Counted from the first letter of the stretch, positions 32,214 to 43,241 are shown. The stretch: 64,000 bases of DNA from Chthoniobacterales bacterium (GCA_038207335.1 JBBQZX010000025.1:25772-89771), one strand, 5' to 3'. The notes: generated by a model not told the origin, from the sequence alone. Translations and numbers: made by a program.

Positions 32214-34655
32214 TCAATACGTCAGCTCAGCCGTCGCCTTGCACGCCGCATCGCTCGTCACCCGCACCCAGTATCCCGCAAACCCCGCCGGAAACTCATG
32301 TATCACCTTCTCCCCCACTGGCACTGCGAACGTTCGATACGGCTCCCAAGTCCCATCCCCCGCGACGTCCAACTCCACCGTCACATGCACAGCCTGCGCC
32401 GCGTCGTGCGACAGCGTGAGCACCTTGTGATCGTAGCCGCGGAAAAGATACGGGTCGCTCGGCGTCCCCGCCGTCACCGCCGTCTCATGCCAAGGCCCAC
32501 CGTGGCCCGTCGGGCGGCCGAGCGACCACAGATCATCCACCGCCCCGAGCCACAGCGCCGCGTGCCCGTCCTCCGACCGGATGATGTGCTCGCCAGCTTG
32601 GTCATCCGCCGACACCCCGCTCAGCACAAGCAACCCGCGCCACGAGCAGTAGTCCGTGATCCGCAGCCGATGCGTCGTGATCGGTCGCATCTTGATGAAC
32701 CCGCCCGCATTCTCCGCCGGCAGCTCATAAAACGTCCCCTCCGCCTGAAAAAGATCGCGCTCCGTGCACACCTCGCGATCCACGCGCAGCGGCACCGGCC
32801 CTTCTTTTTCAAAAGCCGCATCCCCGCGCGGCAGACGCCAACGCCGGCCCGCATCGTCGATCACCAGCACACTCGCCGCATCCGCCGAGATCACCCCGCG
32901 CGGCACCGCGGCATTCTTTTTTAAATATTCGTGCGCCTTCGCATCCTCCACCCGCTTGAGCTGCAGGTCGGCTCCCAATTCGTAATAGCCCACCCGCGTT
33001 TCTGCCGAACCCCTCACCTCACTCGCTGAAAACGCCAGCGTCCGCAGATTCTCCCCGCGCGCCCGCAGAATGCCGCCCGAGTAAGCCTGCGCATCCACTT
33101 TCGCCAGCCCCGCAAACCGGGCATCCGGCTCCGTCCCGCGCGTGTCCGCATTCGAGAAATGAAACACCGCACACACCTTTTCCGCCGCGCGATCCGCCCG
33201 CAGCCGCACCCACGCCCCCTTTTCCTCCGCCGTAAAATTCACCCACACATTCCCCTTCGCCGACACCTTCACCTCGCGCAGCGGCTTCCACGTCCCATCA
33301 CCGGCATCCGTCTCCATCGCAAAAGTCACTGCCTCCGCCGAGCCATGCGCCAGATGCAGCCCGCGCCTTTCAAACCCCGAAAACAAAAACGGGTCCGACA
33401 CCTCCCCCGCCTTCACATCATCGTGCAACCATACCGACCCTTCGCCCAGAGGCGGCCCGAAACGATCCAAATCCCCCGGCGCCACAAACCACAGATTCGA
33501 CTGCGACTGCCCCGGCCCGATCAGGGCCCCCTTCACCCCGCGCTTGTTCAGGAATTCGCTCTTCGCCGCATCGTCGCACCCGAGCACCACCCGGTCGCCC
33601 CACCGCGCGAAATCCCCGACCACCTTCAGATACGTCGAGCGAGGCGCGATCCCCGCCGTATTCCCCGCCGAGAAAGTCCGCGGAAATTTCCAAAACTCCC
33701 CGTGCATCGTCATTAGCAGCGGCCCCTCCCCGATCTCGCGGATGCGCGGCCACTCCGTATTCCAGCCGTGCGCCCCGTCGTAGCAGTGCGAAGTCTTCGG
33801 CAGACGAAAAGCGCGCCATTTCCCGCCATCGAGCAGCATCAAAATCAGCGAGCGGTGATCGAACCCGATGCTCCACATCGGCAGCCCCTCCGCCCCCGTC
33901 GGCCGAATTCCCTCCGGCCCAGTCACATCCGTGAATTGATTCCGCCGCACCACCTTCCATCCCTCCTCCGCCTTCCCGCTCCACTCCGCCAGCGCCCCCG
34001 TCGGCGTCGCCGGGTCCGTCAGCGCCGCCTTCGCGTGATCGCCATTGTTCGCATACACATACCGACCCTGCCCCGAGTAAAACCCCTTCCCGTGATAGCC
34101 CGGCAGGTCCGAGTGCCGACCCTCCTTCCGCTGCTCATCCGCCCACAACTCCTTCACCTCCAGTGACTTCACATCCACCTCATAAACCCCCTCCTCCATC
34201 GTCGCATACAAAATCTTCCCTGCCGGTTCCTCCAGACTCCGCGCCATCCCCGTCAGCCTTCCGAACATCTTCGTCGGCGGCACCACGCGCACATGTCGCT
34301 CCCCATCGATCACATACGGCCCGATGAAAAGCTGCCCCGACTCCCCGTGGACCATCCGATTCGCCGGCGTCCCCCCCAGACTCTCCGAGCGGATCGTTTG
34401 CGCCAGCGCCCCATTGATTTCATAGAGCTTATCCGTCGAGCCCAAGGGCTTGTGCGGCGCATAAGTCACCACCCACAACCGGTCCGCCCACGGCACCACC
34501 GCTCCCGTCCCACACTCCCCCTCCTCATTGAACATCGCCAGCCCCGGATAAATCCCACTGAACCCCCGCGGCATCCCCGTTTCCTCCCCCTCCACAAGCG
34601 TCGCGAGTGAAAGTGTGGCGCAAAAAACGAATCGAGTGAGGAGGGAAAGTTTCAC
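32214..34655 (-). CDS. Exported ~810-aa protein of unknown function (probably carbohydrate-related)
   Basis: Long ORF with a signal peptide. The SDP(F/Y)LF.G(F/Y)...L.L.H module occurs twice. Confidence 0.7.
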   Translation of the reverse strand: MKLSLLTRFVFCATLSLATLVEGEETGMPRGFSGIYPGLAMFNEEGECGTGAVVPWADRLWVVTYAPHKPLGSTDKLYEINGALAQTIRSESLGGTPANRMVHGESGQLFIGPYVIDGERHVRVVPPTKMFGRLTGMARSLEEPAGKILYATMEEGVYEVDVKSLEVKELWADEQRKEGRHSDLPGYHGKGFYSGQGRYVYANNGDHAKAALTDPATPTGALAEWSGKAEEGWKVVRRNQFTDVTGPEGIRPTGAEGLPMWSIGFDHRSLILMLLDGGKWRAFRLPKTSHCYDGAHGWNTEWPRIREIGEGPLLMTMHGEFWKFPRTFSAGNTAGIAPRSTYLKVVGDFARWGDRVVLGCDDAAKSEFLNKRGVKGALIGPGQSQSNLWFVAPGDLDRFGPPLGEGSVWLHDDVKAGEVSDPFLFSGFERRGLHLAHGSAEAVTFAMETDAGDGTWKPLREVKVSAKGNVWVNFTAEEKGAWVRLRADRAAEKVCAVFHFSNADTRGTEPDARFAGLAKVDAQAYSGGILRARGENLRTLAFSASEVRGSAETRVGYYELGADLQLKRVEDAKAHEYLKKNAAVPRGVISADAASVLVIDDAGRRWRLPRGDAAFEKEGPVPLRVDREVCTERDLFQAEGTFYELPAENAGGFIKMRPITTHRLRITDYCSWRGLLVLSGVSADDQAGEHIIRSEDGHAALWLGAVDDLWSLGRPTGHGGPWHETAVTAGTPSDPYLFRGYDHKVLTLSHDAAQAVHVTVELDVAGDGTWEPYRTFAVPVGEKVIHEFPAGFAGYWVRVTSDAACKATAELTY

Positions 34656-34768
34656 CCACCCAGCATTCTTTTCCCCGCCCCGATTTGTCACGCCTTCAGA
34701 GTGAAAATCGCGCCTCGTTCCCACCGCGACCCTTCCGTGAAATCGCACGCCACAATCGCGCCCGCCGC

Positions 34769-34853
34769 TGCCGGTGACGGGACTCGAACCCGTACGGCGT
34801 TTTCACGCCAACGGATTTTAAGTCCGTTGTGTCTGCCATTTCACCACACCGGC
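34769..34853 (-). tRNA. tRNA-Leu (anticodon TAA), CCA not encoded
   Basis: GCCGGTG...TGGCAGACACAACGGAC-T-TAA-AATCCGTT, long variable arm, GGTTCGAGTCC, CACCGGCA. Confidence 0.96.
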
Positions 34854-35255
34854 TAACAGAGTAAAAATGCGATTCTACAGGATTATCTCCTACGCGTGTT
34901 CTACTTTTTGCTCGTGAAACGGCAAGCAAAGAGCAGGTGAGCACCGCAGTCTTTCATGCGTTGCGTTTAGCGGTGCGAAGGTTGCCCGCAACCGGAAAGT
35001 CCGCGCGCTCTGGAAACGAGGGGAGCGCCGCTACCTCAAATCGAAGTGGAAGGCGCACATCCAGTTCGAGGAATACAGGCGCCGAGACCGCGTGAGCATC
35101 AGCGTCGAGCGGCGACAGGCGAGTGCGTAGGGGATTGAAGCCAATCTGAAGTTGAACCCAATTAAACGACCCAACTGTTTTCCAGCCGATCTAGGACGCA
35201 AGTTTGGGCACGAAGACTTTAGCTGCGGTGAGCTCCTCCACCGAGCGCGCACACG

Positions 35256-38200
35256 TTACGGCAGGCTCAGGACGACCCGTCCGCCGAGGGTTTTCCCCGG
35301 GAAAAAGCCGAACGCCAGCCCGCTCTTGGGCAGGTAAACGCCTTTGCCGGTGACGGATCTCACGATGCCCGGCACCGCGACGGTGAGGGTGAATCGGCCG
35401 GTTTTCGCCGTGGTGACTTTCCACGTTTTCAGCGAGCCGGTGGGGACGGCGGGGACTCCGGTGGTCACCATCACGGCGTTGGTTTCCGTGGCGGCGAGGT
35501 TACCGCCGGAGAGCGTGAGCGTGCCGGCGCCGGCAAAGGTGAGCGTGCCGGGATAGACGCTGCCGGTGGTGGCGAGGTAGGTATTCACGCCGCCGAGCAA
35601 AAAGCCTTTGGCGGTGGCGGGCTGGGGCAGTTTTTGCCAGATGAGATCGCCCGTGAGGTCGGTGGCGACGAGATCGGACAGGGTGAGTTCGCCGCCGACG
35701 ATGGCCGGCGGTTTCGGCCCTTTAGCGGTGGCGAAAAAGGCGAAGGTGGAATTGTCGCTCAGCCGGGTGCCGGCGCTAAAGGTGGTGCCATCCGGCAGCG
35801 TGCCAGCGACGGTGACGGCGCCGGTGGCGGTGATGCTGGCCGTGCCGTAGCCGCCGCCGGTGATGGCGATGTCCACGGGGGCCAGGATGAGGTTGAGCTT
35901 GCGCGCGGTGGCCGTTTTGACCGTGGGCCGCAGCGTGCCGGTAAAGGTGCCGCCCATGGAGGCGAGGCTGAGGCTGACGCTGCCGTTCGCATTGCGGGTG
36001 AGGGTGAGGTAGCCGAGCTTTGTGAAGACGGAGCCGGTCGCGCCCGCGGTGGGGAGGGAGACTTTCGCGCTCACGGGCACGGCACCGCCGCGCAGCGCCA
36101 CGGTGGCCAGCCCTTTTGCGGAGAGCGAGGCGGAGGCATAGCCCACCAGCACGCCCTGCGCATCCGCGATGAGACCGCTAAAGGCGGTGGGCGAGAGCAC
36201 GGGGGCGGCGGCGGTGACGGTGACGGTGCCGATGCCGGTGGCGGAGGCGTCGCCCTGGACGGTGTAGGTGAAGGTGCCGGTAAAGCCGGCCGGCGCCACG
36301 AGCGTGCGGCCCTCGATCCTGATGAGGGGATCGCTCACGGAGACGATGGTGAGGCCCTGGCCAAAGAGGTTGTCGTTCACCAGCACATCGATGCGGGTTT
36401 CGCCCTCGCTGGAAATTGCCGTATCCGCTGCGAGGGGCGCGGCGCCGCCGGCCGTAAGCGCCAGGGTGAAGGTGGGCTGGCTGGGATCGTTCGTCGTGAA
36501 GGTGAGGGTGTCGTTTTCCGAGCCCGTGGCCTGCGGCGTATGCCGCACGCTGAAGGTCGCCTGGTCAAAGCCGGGCACCGTGACGGATGAGCCGCTGGGA
36601 AAGTCATAGGCGGTGCCGGTCGCGAGAGTGCCCGAAACGGTGAGCGGCTGGCTGCCGAGATTTTGCAAGGTAAAGGTATTCGTGGCGGTGACGCCGGCGA
36701 AACCGTCGGCAAACGAACTGGTGGCGCCGGAGGTCACCTGGGAGTTTATCTGCGAGAAGCGCCACACGGCGAGTTGCGGCGCGGTGGCCCAGACGACCAG
36801 GCCGGCGGCGCTGGTGAGGGAGCCGATATTGCCGAGGAAGGTCCGATCACCCGTGGCCAGGTTCACCTGGAAGAGGGTCACCCCGGAGCCCGAGCTCCCC
36901 TGGAGATAGCCAAAGCCCGTAGCGACGGCGCCGGAGTTGGCGACGGCTACCGGGGCGGGAATGGCGAATCCGGCGCGGCCGCCGAGTGCCCCCAGATTGA
37001 GGCTCAGCGGCGAGCCGAGCACACCGGCATTGGACGGGCTCTGAATGAAGAGCGTGGAGGTGGTGGCGTTGAAGGTGTACTCGGTGGTGACGCCGCCGAT
37101 AAGCGACTGGCCAAAGCTATTGGTATAGGCGGTCGCATGCCCCGCGCTGCTTCCGCCGTTGAGCGCCCCGTCGGTATTGATGCCAGCGACGGCGCCGGCG
37201 GCGCCGCCATTATCGCCATCCACTGGGGCGCCGGTATTTGGGTTGACGCGGAAATTCAGGCCGCTGCCGGTGACCACGCGCAGGCGATCGACGGTGGGGT
37301 TGAAATCGAGCCCGTAGCCGACGCTCGGGTCCGGGAGATCGACCTTAACGCTGCCATTCGTGGTGAAGGCGATCTGGCCCGTGGTGCCCACCGCGGTAGC
37401 GGCGCCGGTCTGCGGATCGAGGAGATAGAGCGTGGCCGTCTCGACTCCTTGGGTGGAATTCACTCCCAGGCCGTAGAGTTGGCCCGTTTGCGGACGGGCG
37501 GCGATCGCCACGATGGTTTCGCCGGCATCCTTGCCGTTGATGGACTGAGTGGTGACGGTGCCGGGCGTATTGGGATCGAAACGCACGAACTCGCCCGTAG
37601 TGGCATTGAGCGTGATCGCCGCGCCGAGATCCGGGCACACCGCCGTGCTGCGCACGGCCAGCGGCACCGCCCCCAGCGACGTGACGACGCCGGTGACTAG
37701 ATTGACGCGATAGAGCTTGGTGCTGCCGCCCTCCGTGGCTACGAGCAGCCCGCTGCCGCTGCCCACGGGGCTATTGCCGGCCGGGGCATTCACCCGGGGC
37801 TCGATATCGAAGCCGCGCACGGCCTCCAGAACCAGTGGGGCGCCGCCTAGAGTGAGCGGCACGGCGGAAGTCTGCGTGCCGGTATTGGGCGGCTTCTGGA
37901 TGTAGAGCGCATTGGTGCCGGTGGCCACGGTGTAGAGCGTTGTAATGCCGCCATTGTTCGGGCCGTTATTCGTATAGGCGGCGCCTTGCACGTGGCCGGT
38001 GATGCCATTGAGGAAGCCATCGGGATTCACGCCCGCCTGCGAGCCGGCCGCGCCGCCGAGATCGCCATCCACGGGGCCTCCGGTATTGGGGTTCACTCGG
38101 AAATCGAGGCCGCCGGCCACCACCACGCGCAGGCGATCGGCCGCGGGGTTGAAATCGATGTTCCAGACGACATCGACGGGATCCTCGAAATCGATGCCAC

Positions 38201-38606
38201 TGGCGCCATCGAATGTGAAGGTGATGCTGCCTGGCATCCCTCCCACCACCGAGGCCACGCCGGTCTCCGGCGCCAAGTGGTAAAGCGTGGCGGTGTCCAA
38301 ATCCGGATTCACGCCCAGCGCATACAGCTGCTGGTTTTGCGGGCGCACATCGATGCCCACCAGCGTTTCCCCCGAGGTGACGCCGGTGATGGCGACGGGC
38401 GTGGCAAAGGTGCCGGGAATCGTGGAAGAGGCGCTGGTCAGCTTCCCATCGCGAGTGAGGTAATAAAGCGTCTGCGCCGAAGACGCGGCCGGCAGTGCAA
38501 GCAGCGCCGCTGCCAAAAGCAGAGAGCCGAGCGCGGCGCGCCACGCGTTCGATCGGATAAGAGACAAGGAGGAGGGTAAAGCGCCGAGCTTACGGAGCGA
38601 TTTCAT
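35256..38606 (-). CDS. Exported protein with two DUF4394-like modules, Ig-like domains and a C-terminal beta-rich domain
   Basis: Signal peptide, duplicated GET(L/I)V..(D/A).RPQ..QLY.LG and DFNP..DRLRVV...FRVNPNTG modules, then FTLQNLGSQPL and IDVLVND Ig-like units. Confidence 0.8.
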   Translation of the reverse strand: MKSLRKLGALPSSLSLIRSNAWRAALGSLLLAAALLALPAASSAQTLYYLTRDGKLTSASSTIPGTFATPVAITGVTSGETLVGIDVRPQNQQLYALGVNPDLDTATLYHLAPETGVASVVGGMPGSITFTFDGASGIDFEDPVDVVWNIDFNPAADRLRVVVAGGLDFRVNPNTGGPVDGDLGGAAGSQAGVNPDGFLNGITGHVQGAAYTNNGPNNGGITTLYTVATGTNALYIQKPPNTGTQTSAVPLTLGGAPLVLEAVRGFDIEPRVNAPAGNSPVGSGSGLLVATEGGSTKLYRVNLVTGVVTSLGAVPLAVRSTAVCPDLGAAITLNATTGEFVRFDPNTPGTVTTQSINGKDAGETIVAIAARPQTGQLYGLGVNSTQGVETATLYLLDPQTGAATAVGTTGQIAFTTNGSVKVDLPDPSVGYGLDFNPTVDRLRVVTGSGLNFRVNPNTGAPVDGDNGGAAGAVAGINTDGALNGGSSAGHATAYTNSFGQSLIGGVTTEYTFNATTSTLFIQSPSNAGVLGSPLSLNLGALGGRAGFAIPAPVAVANSGAVATGFGYLQGSSGSGVTLFQVNLATGDRTFLGNIGSLTSAAGLVVWATAPQLAVWRFSQINSQVTSGATSSFADGFAGVTATNTFTLQNLGSQPLTVSGTLATGTAYDFPSGSSVTVPGFDQATFSVRHTPQATGSENDTLTFTTNDPSQPTFTLALTAGGAAPLAADTAISSEGETRIDVLVNDNLFGQGLTIVSVSDPLIRIEGRTLVAPAGFTGTFTYTVQGDASATGIGTVTVTAAAPVLSPTAFSGLIADAQGVLVGYASASLSAKGLATVALRGGAVPVSAKVSLPTAGATGSVFTKLGYLTLTRNANGSVSLSLASMGGTFTGTLRPTVKTATARKLNLILAPVDIAITGGGYGTASITATGAVTVAGTLPDGTTFSAGTRLSDNSTFAFFATAKGPKPPAIVGGELTLSDLVATDLTGDLIWQKLPQPATAKGFLLGGVNTYLATTGSVYPGTLTFAGAGTLTLSGGNLAATETNAVMVTTGVPAVPTGSLKTWKVTTAKTGRFTLTVAVPGIVRSVTGKGVYLPKSGLAFGFFPGKTLGGRVVLSLP

Positions 38607-38677
38607 ACCGGAGATTAGTAACGCCGCGGAAAAGGGAGGTAAACGCAGAACGGTGAAATGTTTTGCGGGAACCGAAA

Positions 38678-38788
38678 AAGGTGGCGCTGCACCGGAAGCG
38701 AATGAACGACGAGGCCTTGGACGAGAAATTCGAAGACTCCAACGACCCTCTGCAGCTAATCTTCGTCTGCGCGATGTGGCTGACAGGC
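38678..38788 (+). pseudogene. hsdR: Type I restriction endonuclease R subunit fragment
   Basis: HRKRMNDEALDEKFEDSNDPLQLIFVCAMWLTG matches the HsdR helicase region (DPL.LVFV..MWLTGFD). Only about 37 codons remain. Confidence 0.7.
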
Positions 38789-38798
38789 CGCCTCTACA

Positions 38799-41700
38799 TC
38801 ACGGGACGCGCGTCGCCTTCACGCGCAGAAATTGGCGTGAATCGCCCGACTTCGGAAGCGGGTGGCGGAAGGTGCAGGTTTCGGTTCCGTTGGCGTTGTA
38901 GATCGGCTGGCCGACCCGGACCGCTGCGCTCCACGGCTGCGCGAGATCGCTGCTCGCCTCAACGCTGAGCATGGCGTCGTCGCGGCCCAGCGCGCGGTTG
39001 AAGGTGATCGTCAAATATTCGGCGGCGACGGAGTTGACCGTGATCGTTCGGAAGGCGGTCGTCGTCGGCTGGCTCGTGAAGTGGAGCGCATCGGTGCCGA
39101 GGAAATATTCGAGCAGGCTCGTGAGCCCGTCGTTGTCGTCGTCTGCGGTGCCGGTCAAGTCCGTGACGCCGTTGGCGTTCGCCCACGCGTTGTAGCCGAG
39201 CGTATCGCTCGCGCCGGGCGTTCCGTTCGGCGCGCTGCTCGCGCGCCAGTTCGCGGCGATCGTGGGATCGGGATTCGTCATCGGATTCACGAGCACGAGG
39301 CACGGTCCGCCGCCGTCCGCAATCTCCGGCCACGGGTCTTTGTTGCTGTAGGCAAATCCCTTGATCACCGCGTTGTTCGCAGCAAGGAGTTGGATGAATT
39401 CGCCGCCGTTGTTGAGCGCCGTGGCTTTGGCAAAGACGCCGGCGATTTGCCCGGCAGGCACCGAAGGATACGCTGCTTGAAAGGCCGCGAGGTCGCGTAC
39501 GATCACACAACGGGCGCCGCCGGCGAGCAGGAAGCCGGTCGGAAAAGTGAAGTCGATGCCAGCCCCGAAATGGCAATTGGTGAGATCGACATTGTTGCCG
39601 CTGATATTCATCACCTCTACGAATTCCTCGAGATCGCTCGCGCTCGCCGGGTTGTAGTGGAGCTTTGAAATGACGAGATTTGCCGCGCCGCCGAGCGTGC
39701 CGACGAGATACTGCGCCTCGGTGAGCGCGCTCCACGTCGAGGTGCCACTATTGAAGGCGCGCGCCTTCACGGTCATCGTCGAGTTGAGCATGAGCGACAC
39801 CGGGCTCGCACCGCTCATCGCGCCCGGCGCGCGAGGGTCGCTCCCATTGACGGTGTAAAAGATCGTGCCAGCGGGCGCCGTGATGCTCAGCTCGAAGCCG
39901 AGGGGCACTGCGCCGCCGTAGTTCGGAGTGCCGCCGGAGTCCGTGAACGACGGTGCAGCGAGGCTCGGGTAAAGGCCGTCGGCACTGAGCTGCGCGAGCA
40001 CGGTCGCTGTGCGACCGGGCATGATGTTGTCCTTCACGTTGTCGATCGCAGCCTGCCAGTCCGCGACGATGTAGCGCGGGACATGGCCCACCGGCAGACC
40101 CGTGATCGTCTGCGCGTCGCCCCATCGCGCCGACTCGGCCCTCATCCCTTTCCCGACCTGGCTCGCGCGGGCTTGGAATCTCGCGATGCACTGCGCGGGC
40201 GTGAGCGCGCCGTTGTCGAAGAAATGTTTGCGCACGCGATCGGCGAAGCGGAGCCGGTATTCCGCGCTCGCGAGCAAGTCTTGGTGCATGCTCTGCGGGT
40301 TCGCGTAGGTGATATTGTAAACGTTGGCGCCGCTCGTCCACGGACCGGTTTGATCGTTCACCCACGAAGTCGTCCCGAGCGTGTGCTCGGCATCGCGGAT
40401 GAAGAACTTGAAGCCCGACTCGCCGTTCTTGCGGAAGATACTGAACCAGTTGTTCGGGCGATCGTGGCCGAGAAAATTCGAGAGCACGGCGTCGCCGTCG
40501 CCCATGTAGAAAAGCACGATCATCTCGTCGATGAGGTTGTTCACATCGAGGAGCACGGGCAGCGCGGGATTTCGCACGCCGTTCGCATCGCGCCCCTCGA
40601 GTTCGTAAAATTTCGCGGCACTCGCATCGACGGTGCCGATCGCGCGCGTTTTGTTCCAAAGTGTCTGCCAGTTGGTGAGGGTGCCGTCGGTCGCCTCCGT
40701 GATGAAGTTGCCGATGTGATTCGCGCATTTCACCGCGTCATAATCGGTGTCGCTCCCGCCGTAATAACTCGCCGCATAGTCCCCCTCCGCGCGCTCCTCG
40801 GAGTAGTAGATGCCCCAATAGTGGCCGTTGAGATAGAGATGGTAGTAGCGGCTCTTTGTGTTCGGCTCGCCGAGCGCACCCTGCGTGTCGCGCGCGAAAG
40901 GATCGCGGCACATCGTGTTGAACTTCCCGTTGCTGTAGCTCGACTCGCGATACCAGCCGTAGTTCGAGCCGGTGCCGAGATCGAGTTTGCTAAACTCGCC
41001 CACGCCCTCGCTGCCGAAGAGCGGATACTTCAACTTCCCGTCATACTTTCCTGAAAAGAAGAGTCGCAGCCCGTGCTTGAAAAATGAGTCCCCGCGGCTC
41101 GCCCCCCCGCGAATCCGCAGGCCGCCATTGGTTTGGAAGCCGGTCATGTTTCCGTCGGGGCTCACGTAACCGGGCGGGTGAATCAGCTCGACGGAAATCG
41201 GCCGCTCCCACGCGTCGCCGTGCTGGTCGGCGTTGACATAAATGCCGATCGCGGGATCGACGAGGTTCGCGATATTCGTGACGATCGAGAGCGTCGGGAT
41301 CGATTGCAGGCTCTCGAGCATTTCGGCCTGCGTGAAGGACGAGACGACGTTCGGGTCCATGCCGAAATCGAACGCCTGACCGTTCACCGAGATGCCGGGC
41401 CAGCCTTTCGCGGTCGCGTCCGCGGTCGTCTGCGCGAGGACTTGCACCGGAAAGAAATAGGACTGCGTGTCCACGTTTGTAGGCGCGTAGCCGGCGAGGA
41501 ACGCGGCGGCGCGCAACGTCGTGACACCGCCGATCGAGGCGATGTTTACGCCTGTCGCACCGCCCGGCACCGCGCCTGGATGGATCGTCATCGTCACGCT
41601 CGGCGGGGTGCTGCCGTTCGCAGGCACGACTTGCGTGCCATTCGTTTCCGAAGGCTCGCTGCCGTCGGTCGTGTAGATGATTTTTGCGCCGGGCGTCGCC

Positions 41701-43241
41701 GCGGAAATCGTCGTCGTCACCGCGGTCGAGTAAAAGCCGCGCCTCACCGTGAAATTCGTATCGTCCGACTTGTTGAGAAAGCCGCCGACGCCGGTGTTGT
41801 TCGGGGCGCCGGGTGTCGGAGAGCCCGTCGGTGCGCCGAAGTATCCGAGTGCAAGCGGACTGTTCCAGTAGCCGTAGGAAATGTCGGAGTATTGCGCCGG
41901 GTATGGCGCGAACTGCGTGACTGCCGTATTGTCCGAGAGGCGCACAAGCGCGAGATACTCGCCCGCGTTGTTGAGGCTGAAATTCGTGTGCAGCGCGTTC
42001 GCGGGATTCGTCCGATTTTTCTGCGAGGCAAATATGACGCGGTAGCCATTCGCCGCGATCGCGGAGCCGGGCGGAAAGCTCCAAGTGCCGGCGCTCGCCT
42101 GAGTCGATCCGTTTTTCAGCGCGTAGCCGTTGAGGTCGATCGCGTAGGGATTCGGATTGAAGATCTCGAGCCAGTCCGAGTGATCGCCATCCTCATCGGT
42201 GATGCCGCCGTCGTTCTCGGCGAGGATTTCATTGATCCGCGGCGGAGCGGGCGTGACGCCGATGTGGACGGTGACTTGCTTCATCACCGTGCCCGAACCG
42301 TTCGTCGCCGAGAGCGTGTAAGTCGTCGTGCTCGATGGATTCGCGACGGTCGAACCGGTAGGGGTCGTCGAATTTGTCGGCCCGCCCGGCGCGACGGAGA
42401 TCGTTGTCGCATTTTCCACAGCCCACGCGAGCGTCACATTCGCGCCGGCATTTGAGAGCACGCCGGCATCCGAGCTGATCCCGCTCGCATTCGTCGCGGT
42501 GAAGCTGCTGATGACCGGTGTGGGCGCGGGAAAATTCGTCGGCAGATTGTATTTCGATTGCAGGTAGTAGCCGACGGCATTGAGGCCCGGCTGCGTGAGC
42601 GTGCCGTTGTAGATGAGCACCTCGGCGACGCTGCCATTCCAATAGCGCGCAAGCGTCGAGTTCGGCCGGCCCATCACAAACGACGAGTAGTTTTTCTGCG
42701 CGCCCGCGATCGCGACGACGATGTGCGCCACTCCCGAGGTGTAGCCGCCGCTCGCCACGTTGTTCACCGAGAGCGTGCCGATTGGCGTGCCGTTGCCGGT
42801 GAAGTCGTTGCCGTCCTGTCCTTGATTGGGCGAGCGATAGAAAAGCGTCGCGTTGTTGCGACGAATATTCAGCCCGTCGCCGCCATTCGAGATGAGCCCG
42901 GCAAGGCTCGGCGCCGCGCTCTCGATCGTCGTCACGAAAAAAATCGTCTGCGCATTGAGATTCGCAGAAGACCACGTCATCACGTCGTCGATGCCGTCGA
43001 ATTTAACCACCGGCTTGTTGTTGAAGCGCGCGTCGCTCGCGATGTAGGTGGGCTGCGCGGTGCCCGCCGCGACAAGCGAGCCCCAGCTCGCCACGGGCGC
43101 ATTACTTGCCAGAGCGAGTGCATCCGCCTTCAAGTGCAGAGTGACCGTCCCATAATCGGCCGGGTTGAACGACTGCGCCGCCGCCGGCATCACCGCGCAA
43201 ATCCACGCAGCGGCGAGGACCATGAGGCGCGCGGATGTCAT
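38799..43241 (-). CDS. Second giant exported lamin-tail-domain / CotH kinase-like protein
   Basis: Signal peptide, LamG-like N-terminus, RINEILAEN...SDWLEIFN, YTTDGSEP, YHLYLNGHYWGIY, PNNW...DAEH and C-terminal DNDGLTSLLEY...FLRVKA. Confidence 0.85.
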   Translation of the reverse strand: MTSARLMVLAAAWICAVMPAAAQSFNPADYGTVTLHLKADALALASNAPVASWGSLVAAGTAQPTYIASDARFNNKPVVKFDGIDDVMTWSSANLNAQTIFFVTTIESAAPSLAGLISNGGDGLNIRRNNATLFYRSPNQGQDGNDFTGNGTPIGTLSVNNVASGGYTSGVAHIVVAIAGAQKNYSSFVMGRPNSTLARYWNGSVAEVLIYNGTLTQPGLNAVGYYLQSKYNLPTNFPAPTPVISSFTATNASGISSDAGVLSNAGANVTLAWAVENATTISVAPGGPTNSTTPTGSTVANPSSTTTYTLSATNGSGTVMKQVTVHIGVTPAPPRINEILAENDGGITDEDGDHSDWLEIFNPNPYAIDLNGYALKNGSTQASAGTWSFPPGSAIAANGYRVIFASQKNRTNPANALHTNFSLNNAGEYLALVRLSDNTAVTQFAPYPAQYSDISYGYWNSPLALGYFGAPTGSPTPGAPNNTGVGGFLNKSDDTNFTVRRGFYSTAVTTTISAATPGAKIIYTTDGSEPSETNGTQVVPANGSTPPSVTMTIHPGAVPGGATGVNIASIGGVTTLRAAAFLAGYAPTNVDTQSYFFPVQVLAQTTADATAKGWPGISVNGQAFDFGMDPNVVSSFTQAEMLESLQSIPTLSIVTNIANLVDPAIGIYVNADQHGDAWERPISVELIHPPGYVSPDGNMTGFQTNGGLRIRGGASRGDSFFKHGLRLFFSGKYDGKLKYPLFGSEGVGEFSKLDLGTGSNYGWYRESSYSNGKFNTMCRDPFARDTQGALGEPNTKSRYYHLYLNGHYWGIYYSEERAEGDYAASYYGGSDTDYDAVKCANHIGNFITEATDGTLTNWQTLWNKTRAIGTVDASAAKFYELEGRDANGVRNPALPVLLDVNNLIDEMIVLFYMGDGDAVLSNFLGHDRPNNWFSIFRKNGESGFKFFIRDAEHTLGTTSWVNDQTGPWTSGANVYNITYANPQSMHQDLLASAEYRLRFADRVRKHFFDNGALTPAQCIARFQARASQVGKGMRAESARWGDAQTITGLPVGHVPRYIVADWQAAIDNVKDNIMPGRTATVLAQLSADGLYPSLAAPSFTDSGGTPNYGGAVPLGFELSITAPAGTIFYTVNGSDPRAPGAMSGASPVSLMLNSTMTVKARAFNSGTSTWSALTEAQYLVGTLGGAANLVISKLHYNPASASDLEEFVEVMNISGNNVDLTNCHFGAGIDFTFPTGFLLAGGARCVIVRDLAAFQAAYPSVPAGQIAGVFAKATALNNGGEFIQLLAANNAVIKGFAYSNKDPWPEIADGGGPCLVLVNPMTNPDPTIAANWRASSAPNGTPGASDTLGYNAWANANGVTDLTGTADDDNDGLTSLLEYFLGTDALHFTSQPTTTAFRTITVNSVAAEYLTITFNRALGRDDAMLSVEASSDLAQPWSAAVRVGQPIYNANGTETCTFRHPLPKSGDSRQFLRVKATRVP

